Positions 9,047-18,500 of a stretch of DNA of 64,000 nt are shown one piece after another; the first letter of the stretch is position 1; every line of letters begins with the position of its first letter. The notes under the pieces are model-generated. The model worked only from the letters and a program-made list of their open reading frames with translations. It did not search any database and was not told where the DNA came from. This DNA is from Gammaproteobacteria bacterium (GTDB taxonomy: Bacteria; Pseudomonadota; Gammaproteobacteria; Ga0077536), in contig CAXXLL010000002.1 of NCBI GenBank assembly GCA_963662545.2, forward strand, positions 480,001 through 544,000, given 5' to 3'. The position numbers and the translations under genes are program-made.

Positions 9047-9051
9047 AAACA

Positions 9052-9080
9052 AGCAGGGTGCTCATTTTGAGCACCCTGCT
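9052..9080. terminator. Hairpin after transposase
   Basis: AGCAGGGTGCTCA-TTT-TGAGCACCCTGCT. Confidence 0.6.
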
Positions 9081-9173
9081 ATGACGAAAAAGTTGCGCCC
9101 CGTGTAGCTTGGCGGCAGATCGGGGAAACCCTCACACGCTATGTTTAATCATAACGTGGAGGCTTCTCTATGC

Positions 9174-9413
9174 CTAGTCCGGTCGATGCTTCTCAATCTG
9201 CTCCAGAACAACCATCAAATCTTGACATAGCTGGCGCGCGGTTCCCGTGGGAATCACCAGCGAAATCCGGTCATTGGGTTTTGATGCTGTCGTGTTCACA
9301 AGAGCCAAAATGGCAGGAACCTCTGAAGAACCCAGTTTTTCGTTGGGTGGAACAGTTTCCACGTCAGGACTCACATGTATCTGAGTGACGGGGAACATTA
9401 TTATTTCGTCCAT
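9174..9413 (-). CDS. IS passenger hypothetical protein
   Basis: 79-aa ORF; competing antisense ORF 9170..9388. Confidence 0.45.
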   Translation of the reverse strand: MDEIIMFPVTQIHVSPDVETVPPNEKLGSSEVPAILALVNTTASKPNDRISLVIPTGTARQLCQDLMVVLEQIEKHRPD

Positions 9414-9529
9414 CTATGCTTCTTCTTTCAATAGTGGAGGATTTCTTATGTCTAGTTCGGAAACTTCATTAAATGCGGTGTTCGCGTCATTCTTGCGGTC
9501 GGATGAAGGGAAGCACGTGCTGGGTGACG

Positions 9530-9781
9530 TTATTTCTGAGATGCTTTTCGACCATAGGCTCCCGCAGCATCCAGTATCTCAGCGGCTTTTAGTAGAGCTT
9601 GATTCTCAAATTCGATCACACCTTTCTCAACAAGAGTCCCATGCGGAAGTTGAGTCTGTATAAGGAGGCTCGCTCGTACGCTGTCCACTTTGTACTTGAA
9701 ATTAACAAAGGCTTTATCCGCATCCTGTCCTTCGCCCTTATCTATGGTGACATTGTGGGAGATGATTTCTATTTCGCTCAT
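9530..9781 (-). CDS. IS passenger hypothetical protein
   Basis: 83-aa ORF with beta-beta-beta-helix pattern; competing plus-strand ORF. Confidence 0.45.
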   Translation of the reverse strand: MSEIEIISHNVTIDKGEGQDADKAFVNFKYKVDSVRASLLIQTQLPHGTLVEKGVIEFENQALLKAAEILDAAGAYGRKASQK

Positions 9782-9881
9782 AAAGCCGTTCCAGACTAAA
9801 AAAGAGAGAGCCTTGGACCGTACCTTATTGCGCTGTGCAGCGCAATAAACTATGGTTCTACATGGTCAATAGGAAGCCGCC

Positions 9882-10058
9882 ATGAAGTCCAAGCCCAAGA
9901 TTGATCCCACCGACCGAGACCCGGCCAGCCTCGACGATATAGAAACCGCCATGCGTCATCTTTTGGAGACGCCAGCGGATTCCAGGCCCAAAAGCGAGAA
10001 TCGGGAGCCGACCAAAAAAGAACTGGAAAGACGTTACAAGCTAGTTCGTAAAGCCTGA
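9882..10058 (+). CDS. IS passenger small protein (58 aa)
   Basis: AGGA RBS; MKSKPKIDPTDRDPASLDDIETAMRHLL..RYKLVRKA*; below the track cutoff. Confidence 0.55.
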   Translation: MKSKPKIDPTDRDPASLDDIETAMRHLLETPADSRPKSENREPTKKELERRYKLVRKA

Positions 10059-10076
10059 ATCAATAGCTCATTTGCC

Positions 10077-10304
10077 ATGCTGTTATACAAGACGCTAGAA
10101 AAACGCCGTCCTTGGCGCAGTGCTCGTCCAATAACTATGGAGGTGCTGTCACCGAGAGGCTATTTGGACCTTCTTGAATCTAACCCAGGTTTAATTCAGT
10201 CTGCAGAGACTGCGCCACTTATTTTGGGCCAGAAGGGATTCGGCGGCATTCGGGTTACCTATACCCGGCCAATTTATCCGTCTCCGCGAACAGGAAAAGC
10301 CTAG
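10077..10304 (+). CDS. IS passenger hypothetical protein
   Basis: EVLS..YL..LGQKGFGGIRVTY..PIY; 1 bp from the next gene. Confidence 0.6.
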   Translation: MLLYKTLEKRRPWRSARPITMEVLSPRGYLDLLESNPGLIQSAETAPLILGQKGFGGIRVTYTRPIYPSPRTGKA

Positions 10305-10305
10305 G

Positions 10306-10677
10306 GTGGCCCAAGAATATGATCCAGACGAAAGCGGGGATTTTCATAGGTATCTTGCTAACCAAGAGAAAGAGCTTGCTATTAAGGGACAAGAGCTTTC
10401 GGTTAGGCATGTCGAACTACAGAATCTTGCAGAATACGCCAAAGCAGAACTAGAAGCACACGTATTAGACCGTCGAGATGAGCGCGGCCTCCAAGACCGC
10501 TTTCATAAACGTAACACCATTTCTGGATCGATAATGCTCGCTTTTCTGATGGCGGCTATTCTTGCGCTCGTATTCTTTGACAAAGAAGCCATCCTTTATC
10601 AACTCATACAGATTACGGTTGCAGGCTTTGGTGGTTATCACTGGGGACGACATAAACAGCGCGCGGAAGGAGACTAG
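10306..10677 (+). CDS. IS passenger coiled-coil plus 2-TM membrane protein (DUF2335-like)
   Basis: Coiled-coil N-terminus, two hydrophobic helices, basic tail. Confidence 0.6.
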   Translation: MAQEYDPDESGDFHRYLANQEKELAIKGQELSVRHVELQNLAEYAKAELEAHVLDRRDERGLQDRFHKRNTISGSIMLAFLMAAILALVFFDKEAILYQLIQITVAGFGGYHWGRHKQRAEGD

Positions 10678-11373
10678 GACCTATTAATACCCATCTATGC
10701 GTACCTTCAGCCGCGTAGGTAACACGACGAGGCGTGCAAGTTTCAAATAGATACACTGCCGTGAGTTAACTAGAAGGGCTTGCTGATTTTGGTGCATAAG
10801 TCCCAAATATTTCATCGACGTTCACGATGCAAATCAGCCTTTGCCACCAGACCTCTATCTTCATTTTCGAGACTGCTTTCTAGAGATATTGGCTGAGGAA
10901 GTAAGCACTGAACAGGCATTAGGGCTTAAACGAAGAAAGAAACCGCCAGCAGATCCACAAAAACGAATCACTATTGCCGCGACCTTCCTAGATCGATTAT
11001 TAAAAGGCGATTTATGGGATGCGGCGTGCGCCTATGCCGCCGGGCTACATCACGTATCCAAGAGCTCCGTCGAAAAGAATTGGAAAAATTTTCGACTTGA
11101 AGCTGTCGCTGCTGTCTCTAGTGCTCGACGCAAACGTGGCGAAATCGGTTGGTCCGAGATTGAAAAAGATCGTCTGCATAACCTACTCGATGAGCAGAAT
11201 CAGCTAGCACAAGCTCTCATCAGGACAGCCCGCAACGACTGCGGAGAATTTCCGTAGTTTTCTTTCGCATACAATTTCCGGTGAATTAACGAGTATCCGG
11301 CGCTATTTTATCTCCTGAAACTACGCACAAGTGTGTGAGGTCATTCAAGCGCGAATGAATTCAGGAGCCCCAA

Positions 11374-11622
11374 ATGTCGGATTTCTCTTTCAATCTTGAG
11401 GACGAAGGTTACGCAGGATTCCCCGAAGCTGAAAAGATCGCCAACCGATCTAAGCCCACCATCTGGCGCTGGTGCAATGAATCCTTATTCCCTTCCCCTC
11501 ACCGCCTGAAAAGCCCCTCCGGGAAAAGCGTGTTTCTAGGTTTCCGCCGATCGGAGCTTCGCGAGTGGGTTAGAGACCCGGCCGCCTGGGTGGAAAAGCA
11601 ACGCGGGAAGGCGGCTGCGTGA
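11374..11622 (+). CDS. alpA: AlpA family regulator
   Basis: SKPTIWRW..FPSPHRL..GFRRSELREWV; AGGAG RBS. Confidence 0.75.
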   Translation: MSDFSFNLEDEGYAGFPEAEKIANRSKPTIWRWCNESLFPSPHRLKSPSGKSVFLGFRRSELREWVRDPAAWVEKQRGKAAA

Positions 11623-11807
11623 TGGCCAACCCGATTGATTCTCTCCGCACCAAGCTTGCGCGCTTCGTCGCTACGAATGATCTTTCTGTCGATGAGGTGA
11701 ATCTTTTACACGCCCTGCTTAGTGGACGAGACACCGAAGTCGCGCCAACAGAGTTTGTAGGGACTGAATTCACCGTCACCGCGGCAGAAGACCATGTGAT
11801 CATCTAG
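11619..11807 (+). CDS. Small hypothetical protein
   Basis: Overlaps the alpA stop; operonic position. Confidence 0.5.
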   Translation: MMANPIDSLRTKLARFVATNDLSVDEVNLLHALLSGRDTEVAPTEFVGTEFTVTAAEDHVII

Positions 11808-11815
11808 GTGATCGC

Positions 11816-12235
11816 ATGACGCCCTCAGAGAAAATTCTGTCGCGCCTTGACGCCGTTCAACAGCGCGCCCCTGGCAAATGGCTTGCTCGATGTCCGGCCC
11901 ATGACGACAAACGCCCATCATTAAGTGTCCAAGTAGCAGAAGACGGCGAAACACTGTTGGCTCATTGTTTTGCGGGTTGTCCGCCCGGCGACGTGTTGAG
12001 CGCAGTCGGCCTCAATCTCGCCGACCTATACGCGACCCGGTACGAACATAAGGGCCGCAAAGGTCCCCATTTCACGGCGAAAGACGCGTTGTTGACCCTC
12101 GATTTCGAATTACTGTTCCTGTCGGTGCTGGCGTCAGATATGCAAGCTGGGCGACCTGTTAATGACAGCGATATTGAACGGCTCGCCCTTGCAGGACGGC
12201 GTATAGAAAGGATGCGGGAAATCTGCCGTGTTTGA
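11816..12235 (+). CDS. CHC2-type zinc-finger primase-associated protein
   Basis: WLARCPAHDDKRPSLSV..HCFAGC. Confidence 0.85.
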   Translation: MTPSEKILSRLDAVQQRAPGKWLARCPAHDDKRPSLSVQVAEDGETLLAHCFAGCPPGDVLSAVGLNLADLYATRYEHKGRKGPHFTAKDALLTLDFELLFLSVLASDMQAGRPVNDSDIERLALAGRRIERMREICRV

Positions 12236-13772
12236 AGCTGCACGAGCACACGACACGGAAACATGCCGGGAAGAAGCGACCAGGAAACTAGACAACATAC
12301 CGTCACTTCTCCCGGTATCGCTACCAGATGGCCTGCCAGATGTACCCGAATTTGACATGCGCCTATTACCCGAAGCATTACGCGGATGGGTTCAGGACAT
12401 AGCAGATCGCCTGCAATGCCCACCTGATTACCCTTCTGTCGGTTCTGTCAGTTCACTGTCGGCGGTCGTGGGACGACAAATTCATATCCGGCCCAAGCGA
12501 AAAGACGATTGGATGGTGGTGCCAAATCTATGGGGAGCGATCGTCGGCCCGCCCGGAATTCAGAAGACGCCCGCCATTACAGAGACCCTAAAACCATTAC
12601 GTGCGCTAGAAGCTCAAGCCCGCGACGCTCATGAAATCGCACTCCAGGGATTTGAAGTAGAAAAGATGGTGGCCGAGGCAACAGCCAAAGCCACTAGGGA
12701 GAAAGTAGCTAAAGCCGTAAAGAATGGTGATGACGCAAAAGCCGCTGCAATGGAGGGCCTTGATGATGAGCCCGAGGAGCCTCAACGCCGACGCTATATG
12801 ACTAGCGATCCTACCGTCGAAAAGTTGGGTGAGTTACTAGCAGCGAATCCACGCGGCATTCTGGTATTCCGCGACTAATTGACCGGATTCCTTAAAGACC
12901 TTGACCGCAGCGGGCGTGAGGGTGCACGCGCGTTCTATCTTGAGTCATGGAACGGAACAGGGAGTTTTACCTACGACCGGATTTCTAGAGGCACGATCGA
13001 CATTGAAGCCTGTTGCGTTTCAATCCTTGGCACGATCCAGCCAGGCCCGCTCAGTCAGTACATCGAATCAGCTTCCAAAGGTGGTGCCGGCGATGACGGG
13101 CTTATCCAGCGATTTCAATTATTGGTGTGGCCAGATCCACCGCGCGTATGGCGAAACGTCGATCGCTGGCCGGATACCGAAGCAAGGCGGACAGCTCGCG
13201 CAGTATTTGACCGCCTTAATGAAATCGACCATGCAGCTTTAGGTACTGAGATCGACGAGGATGCTCGCTATCTCCGATTCGACGATCAGGGGCAAAACCT
13301 CTTTGATGAGTGGCGCAGTGACCTAGAGAATCGATTGCGAAGCGATGAGTTGCCTCCCGCCCTGCAATCGCATCTCGCCAAGTACCGCAGCCTGATCCCG
13401 TCCCTCGCCCTTCTAATCCATCTCGCCGACTCACCAACCGGCGGACCCGTAACCGAAAATGCATTGATCCGAGCCTGCGGGTGGGGGGAATACCTCGAGG
13501 GGCACGCACAACGGCTCTACAGCCCGGCACTTGACCCGGCGATGTCTGCGGCCCGTGAGCTCGATCGGCACATGCTCAGGGGTGATGTACCCAACGAATT
13601 CGCCGCCCGCGACATCTACCGAAAGGGCTGGCGGTTGCTAGACCGCGAAGGCACCTACAAGGCCCTCGACATTATGGCGGATTACAACCGAGTACGTCAG
13701 GTCGAGCAGTTAACGGAAGGGCGAACAGCGCAGGTTTGGCGTGTTCACCCCGATCTTTGGAGGGCAGTTTGA
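12228..13772 (+). pseudogene. DUF3987/YfjI replication helicase-like gene with in-frame nonsense codon
   Basis: Walker A-like GPPGIQKT; ILVFRD*L with TAA at 12876-12878 where RDEL is expected; both halves in one frame. Confidence 0.85.
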
Positions 13773-14125
13773 TGGGCTGGCTTGAACGTCTTGATTCGCT
13801 GGAAACGCCCAGTACGTGTACTGACATAACCGACAAAAGCCCTTCTGTCAGTAATGTCAGTACGGACCCTAGGCGCTTTCAACAGAAAAACGAGGTATTC
13901 ATGCGCGTGGTTGGCGATGAGACCTACCAACTGACACCGGAGGAAACCAAGGGCGCGACCGCCTGCAACATGGTGACATGCCTACGCTGTCAGAACCTGT
14001 CCCGGCATGGCGTCTGCTGGCCCAAGAGCACCCCGAAAACTAAGTACCGCCCACTCGAATATGAACCGGTGATGCTCTGGCGTCGATGTGATGATTACAA
14101 AAGAATTAATTCGCTCAAGGACTAG
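13772..14125 (+). CDS. Hypothetical protein overlapping ori-like repeats
   Basis: TGATG coupling to DUF3987; TDITDKSPSVSNVS; CxxC..C..RC. Confidence 0.55.
   Translation: MGWLERLDSLETPSTCTDITDKSPSVSNVSTDPRRFQQKNEVFMRVVGDETYQLTPEETKGATACNMVTCLRCQNLSRHGVCWPKSTPKTKYRPLEYEPVMLWRRCDDYKRINSLKD
13818..13863. repeat. Iteron-like inverted repeat, candidate origin
   Basis: GTACTGACATAACCGACA-N10-TGTCAGTAATGTCAGTAC (16/18). Confidence 0.6.
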
Positions 14126-14159
14126 TTAACGGCTAATTGATCTAAACAACGGAAGAGCA

Positions 14160-14558
14160 ATGCCATTTGAAAAAGGACAGAGCGGCAACCCGGACGGCCG
14201 GCCCAAAGGCACAGGCGATAAACGCACAGCTCTACGTGCGCTATTGGAGCCGAACGCGGAGAAGTTGGTATCGAAGGCAGTAGAAATGGCCCTCAGCGGA
14301 GACGGTCCCATGCTGAAGCTCTGCATCGAACGCCTAGTCCCCGCGTATCGGCCTGAGGGTATGACGATTCAGCTACCCGGCTTGAAGGCTGCCGAAACTA
14401 TTACCGACCAAGGTAAAGCAGCAATCTCTGCGATGGCTGATGGTGAGTTATCGATAACCGACGCCGGCACGTTGCTGACAGCCATCGCGCAGCAGCTTCG
14501 TATTTACGAATTTGAAGATCTGGAGAAACGCATCGCCATTTTGGAGAAAAGCCGATGA
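14160..14558 (+). CDS. DUF5681 protein (terminase small subunit-like)
   Basis: MPFEKGQSGNPDGRPKG; ALSGD..MLKLCIER; ADGELS; LEKRIAILE. Confidence 0.85.
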   Translation: MPFEKGQSGNPDGRPKGTGDKRTALRALLEPNAEKLVSKAVEMALSGDGPMLKLCIERLVPAYRPEGMTIQLPGLKAAETITDQGKAAISAMADGELSITDAGTLLTAIAQQLRIYEFEDLEKRIAILEKSR

Positions 14559-14746
14559 GTATCAAATCCCGAATCGTAAAACTCGAAGCAGCGAAAGGGG
14601 CATTCAAGCAACTATGCATAATTCGTGATGATGACGAAACGGAGGAAGCTGCGATAGATCGCTACTGTACCGAGCATGAAATCCGGGAAGAAGCACGTGA
14701 TAAATATAGCTGGTTTGTGATGACAGAGCAGGAAGCGGCATTTTGA
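14555..14746 (+). CDS. Small hypothetical protein, paralog A
   Basis: SIKSRIVKLE..DETEEAAIDRYCTEH; overlaps the DUF5681 stop. Confidence 0.7.
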   Translation: MSIKSRIVKLEAAKGAFKQLCIIRDDDETEEAAIDRYCTEHEIREEARDKYSWFVMTEQEAAF

Positions 14747-15015
14747 ATACCGAACCGCAAACTGGCCGAGAAACAGTCGATGGAATTTTGGACGACCTGT
14801 ACGTGAAACCGGATTCGATTCGGGAGTTGGAGAAATTGAGGAAGCTACGTGCGTTGTCACCACTATCGAGACGGGCCTTTCGAATAGCGACGACCGCTTT
14901 AATTAAGGCTCGCGTTTACGGGCCTGCCTCTCTTCTGGAGTCCGAGCCCACCCAATTACCGAAAGCAGAACGAGAAGACCCGAGCAGGCTACGACAGCAA
15001 AGAGGATTTCAATGA
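14743..15015 (+). CDS. Hypothetical protein
   Basis: 4-bp overlap with the previous gene; TTG start. Confidence 0.45.
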   Translation: MNTEPQTGRETVDGILDDLYVKPDSIRELEKLRKLRALSPLSRRAFRIATTALIKARVYGPASLLESEPTQLPKAEREDPSRLRQQRGFQ

Positions 15016-15108
15016 TCCCGTACCCCCTTGCCAGCGTAGTGAAGCCGCCGAAGATTGCGCCTAATACAGCCCAGTCAAGATATTTATTAATTGCGGTTGG
15101 AAAATACC

Positions 15109-15291
15109 ATGAGAAGCATAAAAGGACGAATTGAGGCGCTCGAACGTGTAAGAGATCCGGGATTTATCTTGGTCTTCGGCACCGATGACGAAGATCCGGA
15201 CGAAGCGATTAAACGCTACTGCTTGGAGCACGGTCTCGATCGTGAACGACATGCCCTCATATTTATGGACGAAACTGAACAAAATTTCTAG
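15109..15291 (+). CDS. Small hypothetical protein, paralog B
   Basis: SIKGRIEALE..DEDPDEAIKRYCLEH; similar to 14555..14746. Confidence 0.7.
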   Translation: MRSIKGRIEALERVRDPGFILVFGTDDEDPDEAIKRYCLEHGLDRERHALIFMDETEQNF

Positions 15292-15383
15292 AACAGTCCG
15301 CAAGATGAACGTAAACCACACTGTTTTTGCACCCAGCGGCAGATTGTCGTAAGGAAGAAGCTGGCAGATAGCCTTCATCCGAA

Positions 15384-15608
15384 ATGGAAGACCAAAGGAC
15401 AATGTTTCTGACGGCTGGCGAGATCCAGGAATTGACCGACAGAAAGCGATTCAAAGATCAAATTCGATGGTTTGAGGAACGCGCATATCGCTTCGAAATC
15501 TCAACAATCGGACGCCCAAAGGTAATGCGCGAGGAAATCGAACGCCGGCTACTCAGTGTCCCCCGCAAAAAGTCCGACCGTGGCCCCCGCCTTGAGCTGG
15601 TGAAGTAG
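15384..15608 (+). CDS. DUF4224 excisionase-like protein
   Basis: FLTAGEIQELTDRKR..QIRWF..GRPKVMR; abuts the integrase. Confidence 0.85.
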   Translation: MEDQRTMFLTAGEIQELTDRKRFKDQIRWFEERAYRFEISTIGRPKVMREEIERRLLSVPRKKSDRGPRLELVK

Positions 15609-15939
15609 ATGACGCCTGGTCGCCAAAAGAAGCACAACCCCGGCTTACCGCAGCGGATGCGGCAGAAGGGAAAAGCGTACTACTACGTCAAAAATCAGAA
15701 ATGGATGAAGATTGGCGACACCTACGCCGAAGCAATTGCCAGATGGCAGGAGCTTGAAGGCGTCACGCTAAAGGGTTCGACTGTAGGGCATGCCATAGAC
15801 CGATACCTCCTAGAAATCCTCCCTGAGAAAGCCCAGGCCACCCAACGCGAATACAAACGCTACGCGATCAGGCTCCGCGAAGTATTCGGTGACACGCTCC
15901 TCGAATACATCGAGCAAACCCACATCGCCCAGTATCTAG

Positions 15940-17642
15940 CTAGTGTGCATCCCTAAACGCGATGCGGTTGAAATAAAAAGGAAAATTTGTCGCTTAAGGG
16001 ATCGAAACCTCCGGTGGGTCGTGATCTAATGGAACTTCAAACCTCTGATTTTCCACACAATCATCGACACCACAGGAGGGGGAATGCGTCAGAAACGCAC
16101 GGCCCAAGCGAGTATATACGAGCTGTTTGCTGACCATGACCTGGGGCGAGAGCTGCAGGGCATGTCCGAGTGGCTCGATGCTCACCCCAAGGTCCTCACG
16201 CCGGTCATGAACGATCTGTGTCGGCGGGGTTTGAAGCCCACCGGTCGACGCGGACTGTCGGCGGAGTCGGTGCTGCGCTGCGCGGTGCTCAAGCAGCACC
16301 GGCAATTGAGTTACGAGGAGCTGGCCTTTCACCTGCAGGACTCGGCGAGCTTTCAGGCCTTCGCCCGGTTGCCGGGTAATGAACGTCCGAAGAAGTCTGC
16401 CTTACAGCGGGTGGTCTCGGCGATCCAGGTATCGACGTGGGAGTCTATTCATCGCGCCCTGCTGGCGACGGCGAAAGAGACGCGCATTGAGCCGGCACAG
16501 CGTGTACGGATTGATAGCACGGTAACGGACAGTGCCATCCACGCGCCGAGCGACAGTCATCTGCTGTGGGATGGCGTGCGTGTTGTGGTTCGTCTGCTCG
16601 CACAGGCGCGCGAGTTGCCTGGCGCGCCGGAGTTGTGCTTCGTGAACCACACTCGATTGGCGAAGAAGCGTGCGCGGGCGCTGTGGTATGCGCGTGGTGC
16701 GAAGCAACGCCAACGTCTGTATCGCGATTTGATTGGGGCGACGCGTTCAACCTTGGAAGCGGTAGCGAGGGTACGTGAGCAGCTGCTGAGCCCGGGCGTC
16801 ACCGGCGTTGAACTGCCGGACTGGCTAGCGCAGGTAGCGCACTACGAAACACTTGTTCTGCAGGTGATTTCGCAAACTGAGCGGCGGGTGTTCGGCGGTG
16901 AGAAGGTCCCCGCGAGCGAGAAGTGCGTGAGCTTGTTCGAGCCGCATACCGACATCATCATAAAGGGTGCGCGCGACGTTCAGTACGGACACAAAATCAA
17001 TCTGGCTTCGGGGCGCAGTGGCCTCATCCTCGACGTGGTCATCGAGCGAGGCAATCCGGTCGATAGTCAGCGCTTCATGCCGATGCTCGAACGGCATCGA
17101 ACACACTACGGGACGATGCCACGACAGGTCGCCGCCGATGGCGGCTATGCGAGCCTCGACAATCTCCGGGCGGCGAAAGCAGAAGGCATCGAAGACGTTG
17201 CCTTCCACAAGAAGCGCGGGCTCGCGATCGCCGACATGGTCAAGAGTCAGTGGGTCTATCGACGCTTGCGCAACTTCCGCGCCGGCATCGAGGCCGGTAT
17301 CTCCTGCCTGAAGCGTGCATACGGATTGGCACGTTGCACCTGGAAGAGCCTGCCGCACTTCGAAGCCTACGTGTGGTCTTCTGTGGTCGCCTACAACCTC
17401 AGCCTGCTCGCGCGCTATCAACTCGAATAGCGACGTTCACTCGCACTAACTGACCTCCTCGATATCGTCGAACGGGCGACTTTGGGTTGCAGCGCTCTGC
17501 GGCCGGCGAACGTACTCACAATTACGCTCGAAGAGCCCTTCGACCCCCACCGAACCGCCGCTACCGCTCCAACAACCTACTTTCAACACCTCGATTTCTC
17601 CGTGCCCATCGAAGAAAATGCCTGTTTATGGACGGACACTAG
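15940..17642 (+). mobile_element. ISNCY-type (IS5-like DDE) insertion sequence
   Basis: Imperfect IR CTAGTGTGCATCCCTAAAC / GTTTATGGACGGACACTAG (16/19); inserted in palindrome TATCTAGATA. Confidence 0.88.
16084..17430 (+). CDS. ISNCY-type DDE transposase
   Basis: RIDSTV, SLFEPHTDII, AADGGY, RNFRAGIEAGISCLKR. Confidence 0.9.
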   Translation: MRQKRTAQASIYELFADHDLGRELQGMSEWLDAHPKVLTPVMNDLCRRGLKPTGRRGLSAESVLRCAVLKQHRQLSYEELAFHLQDSASFQAFARLPGNERPKKSALQRVVSAIQVSTWESIHRALLATAKETRIEPAQRVRIDSTVTDSAIHAPSDSHLLWDGVRVVVRLLAQARELPGAPELCFVNHTRLAKKRARALWYARGAKQRQRLYRDLIGATRSTLEAVARVREQLLSPGVTGVELPDWLAQVAHYETLVLQVISQTERRVFGGEKVPASEKCVSLFEPHTDIIIKGARDVQYGHKINLASGRSGLILDVVIERGNPVDSQRFMPMLERHRTHYGTMPRQVAADGGYASLDNLRAAKAEGIEDVAFHKKRGLAIADMVKSQWVYRRLRNFRAGIEAGISCLKRAYGLARCTWKSLPHFEAYVWSSVVAYNLSLLARYQLE

Positions 17643-17823
17643 ATAGGCGAACATCCAAGTACGAGGCCAACCGGGAAGTGGCCATGCTGTCGAGCGTATT
17701 CAACGGAGCGCTGCGATGGGGCTGGTGTAAGCGCAAGGTAACCGGTCAATCCAGGCCGTTATTCACGGTCTCGGGCAGATGGTTTAGTTTGCCAGGTTTC
17801 CCAGTCAATCGGGAGCTTGGTAA

Positions 17824-18114
17824 ATGAATGATCACGGAAAACCTCGGAACAAACGACGTAGTGCGGATGAGTGGCGTGGCCTATTAGCGGAGCAGGCACA
17901 AAGCGGTTCATCGATCCGCGCATTCTGTGCTGAGCGAGGAATTGGATATTCGACGTTCAGTAAAAGGAAGTCGAGGTCAGCGAGGGACGCTCAGATAGGG
18001 AAGGCGGAAACACGTTTCGTCGAGTTGGCCCCGTTACAACCATTAACCAATGCACAATGGGATATCGAGTTAGCGCTCGGTGATGACATCGTGCTACGTG
18101 TGTCACGGCACTGA
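17824..18114 (+). CDS. tnpA: IS66 TnpA
   Basis: W..L..Q..SG.SIRAFC..GI..STF; FVEL. Confidence 0.88.
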   Translation: MNDHGKPRNKRRSADEWRGLLAEQAQSGSSIRAFCAERGIGYSTFSKRKSRSARDAQIGKAETRFVELAPLQPLTNAQWDIELALGDDIVLRVSRH

Positions 18115-18482
18115 TGTGGTCGCCCCCATCGGGTTTGCGTATATGGTTATGTCGGGCACCGACTGATATGCGTCAATCGTTCCATGGTTTATCGGCGTTG
18201 GTGCGGCAGGCGTTACACGAGGAGCCCCTCGATGGGGCACTGTACGTTTTCGTCAATCGCCGGCGTACGTTATTAAAAGCGCTGTACTTTGAGTCGGACG
18301 GATATTGTCTGTGGAGTAAGAAACTCGAACGCGGTCAGTTCCAGGTTCGGTGGAATAGCGAGGTCAAACAGCGGCTGCAACGCAGCGAATGGCAGTGCAT
18401 TATTGAAGGGATCGATCTACGCTCAGTGCGTCGATTAAAACGGTTTCGATTACCGGAAAACGATCGACGGTCAGCAGTGTAA
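18114..18482 (+). CDS. tnpB: IS66 accessory TnpB
   Basis: PTDMRQSFHGL, FVNRRRT, KKLERGQF. Confidence 0.93.
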   Translation: MWSPPSGLRIWLCRAPTDMRQSFHGLSALVRQALHEEPLDGALYVFVNRRRTLLKALYFESDGYCLWSKKLERGQFQVRWNSEVKQRLQRSEWQCIIEGIDLRSVRRLKRFRLPENDRRSAV

Positions 18483-18500
18483 ACGGTACAATACGTACCC

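Larger units (their letters stand above)
8013..10804 (+). mobile_element. IS1595-family element with passenger genes (2792 bp)
   Basis: Perfect 25-bp TIR GGGACTTATGCACCAAAATCAGCAA; 8-bp TSD AAATATTT (8005-8012, 10805-10812). Confidence 0.95.
7909..11257 (+). pseudogene. 182-aa hypothetical gene upstream of alpA, split by IS1595
   Basis: GAGGAGG RBS, ATG 7909; joining 7909-8012 to 10813-11257 restores one frame (..QLMKYF/IDVHDANQPLPPDLY..). Confidence 0.8.

Noticed and set aside
12876-12878. Programmed readthrough or alternative genetic code
   Set aside because: TAA ends many normal genes in this window; a single G-to-T change explains it
18114-18482. TnpB as an RNA-guided nuclease
   Set aside because: This is the 122-aa IS66 accessory TnpB, unrelated to IS200/IS605 TnpB; no RuvC motifs
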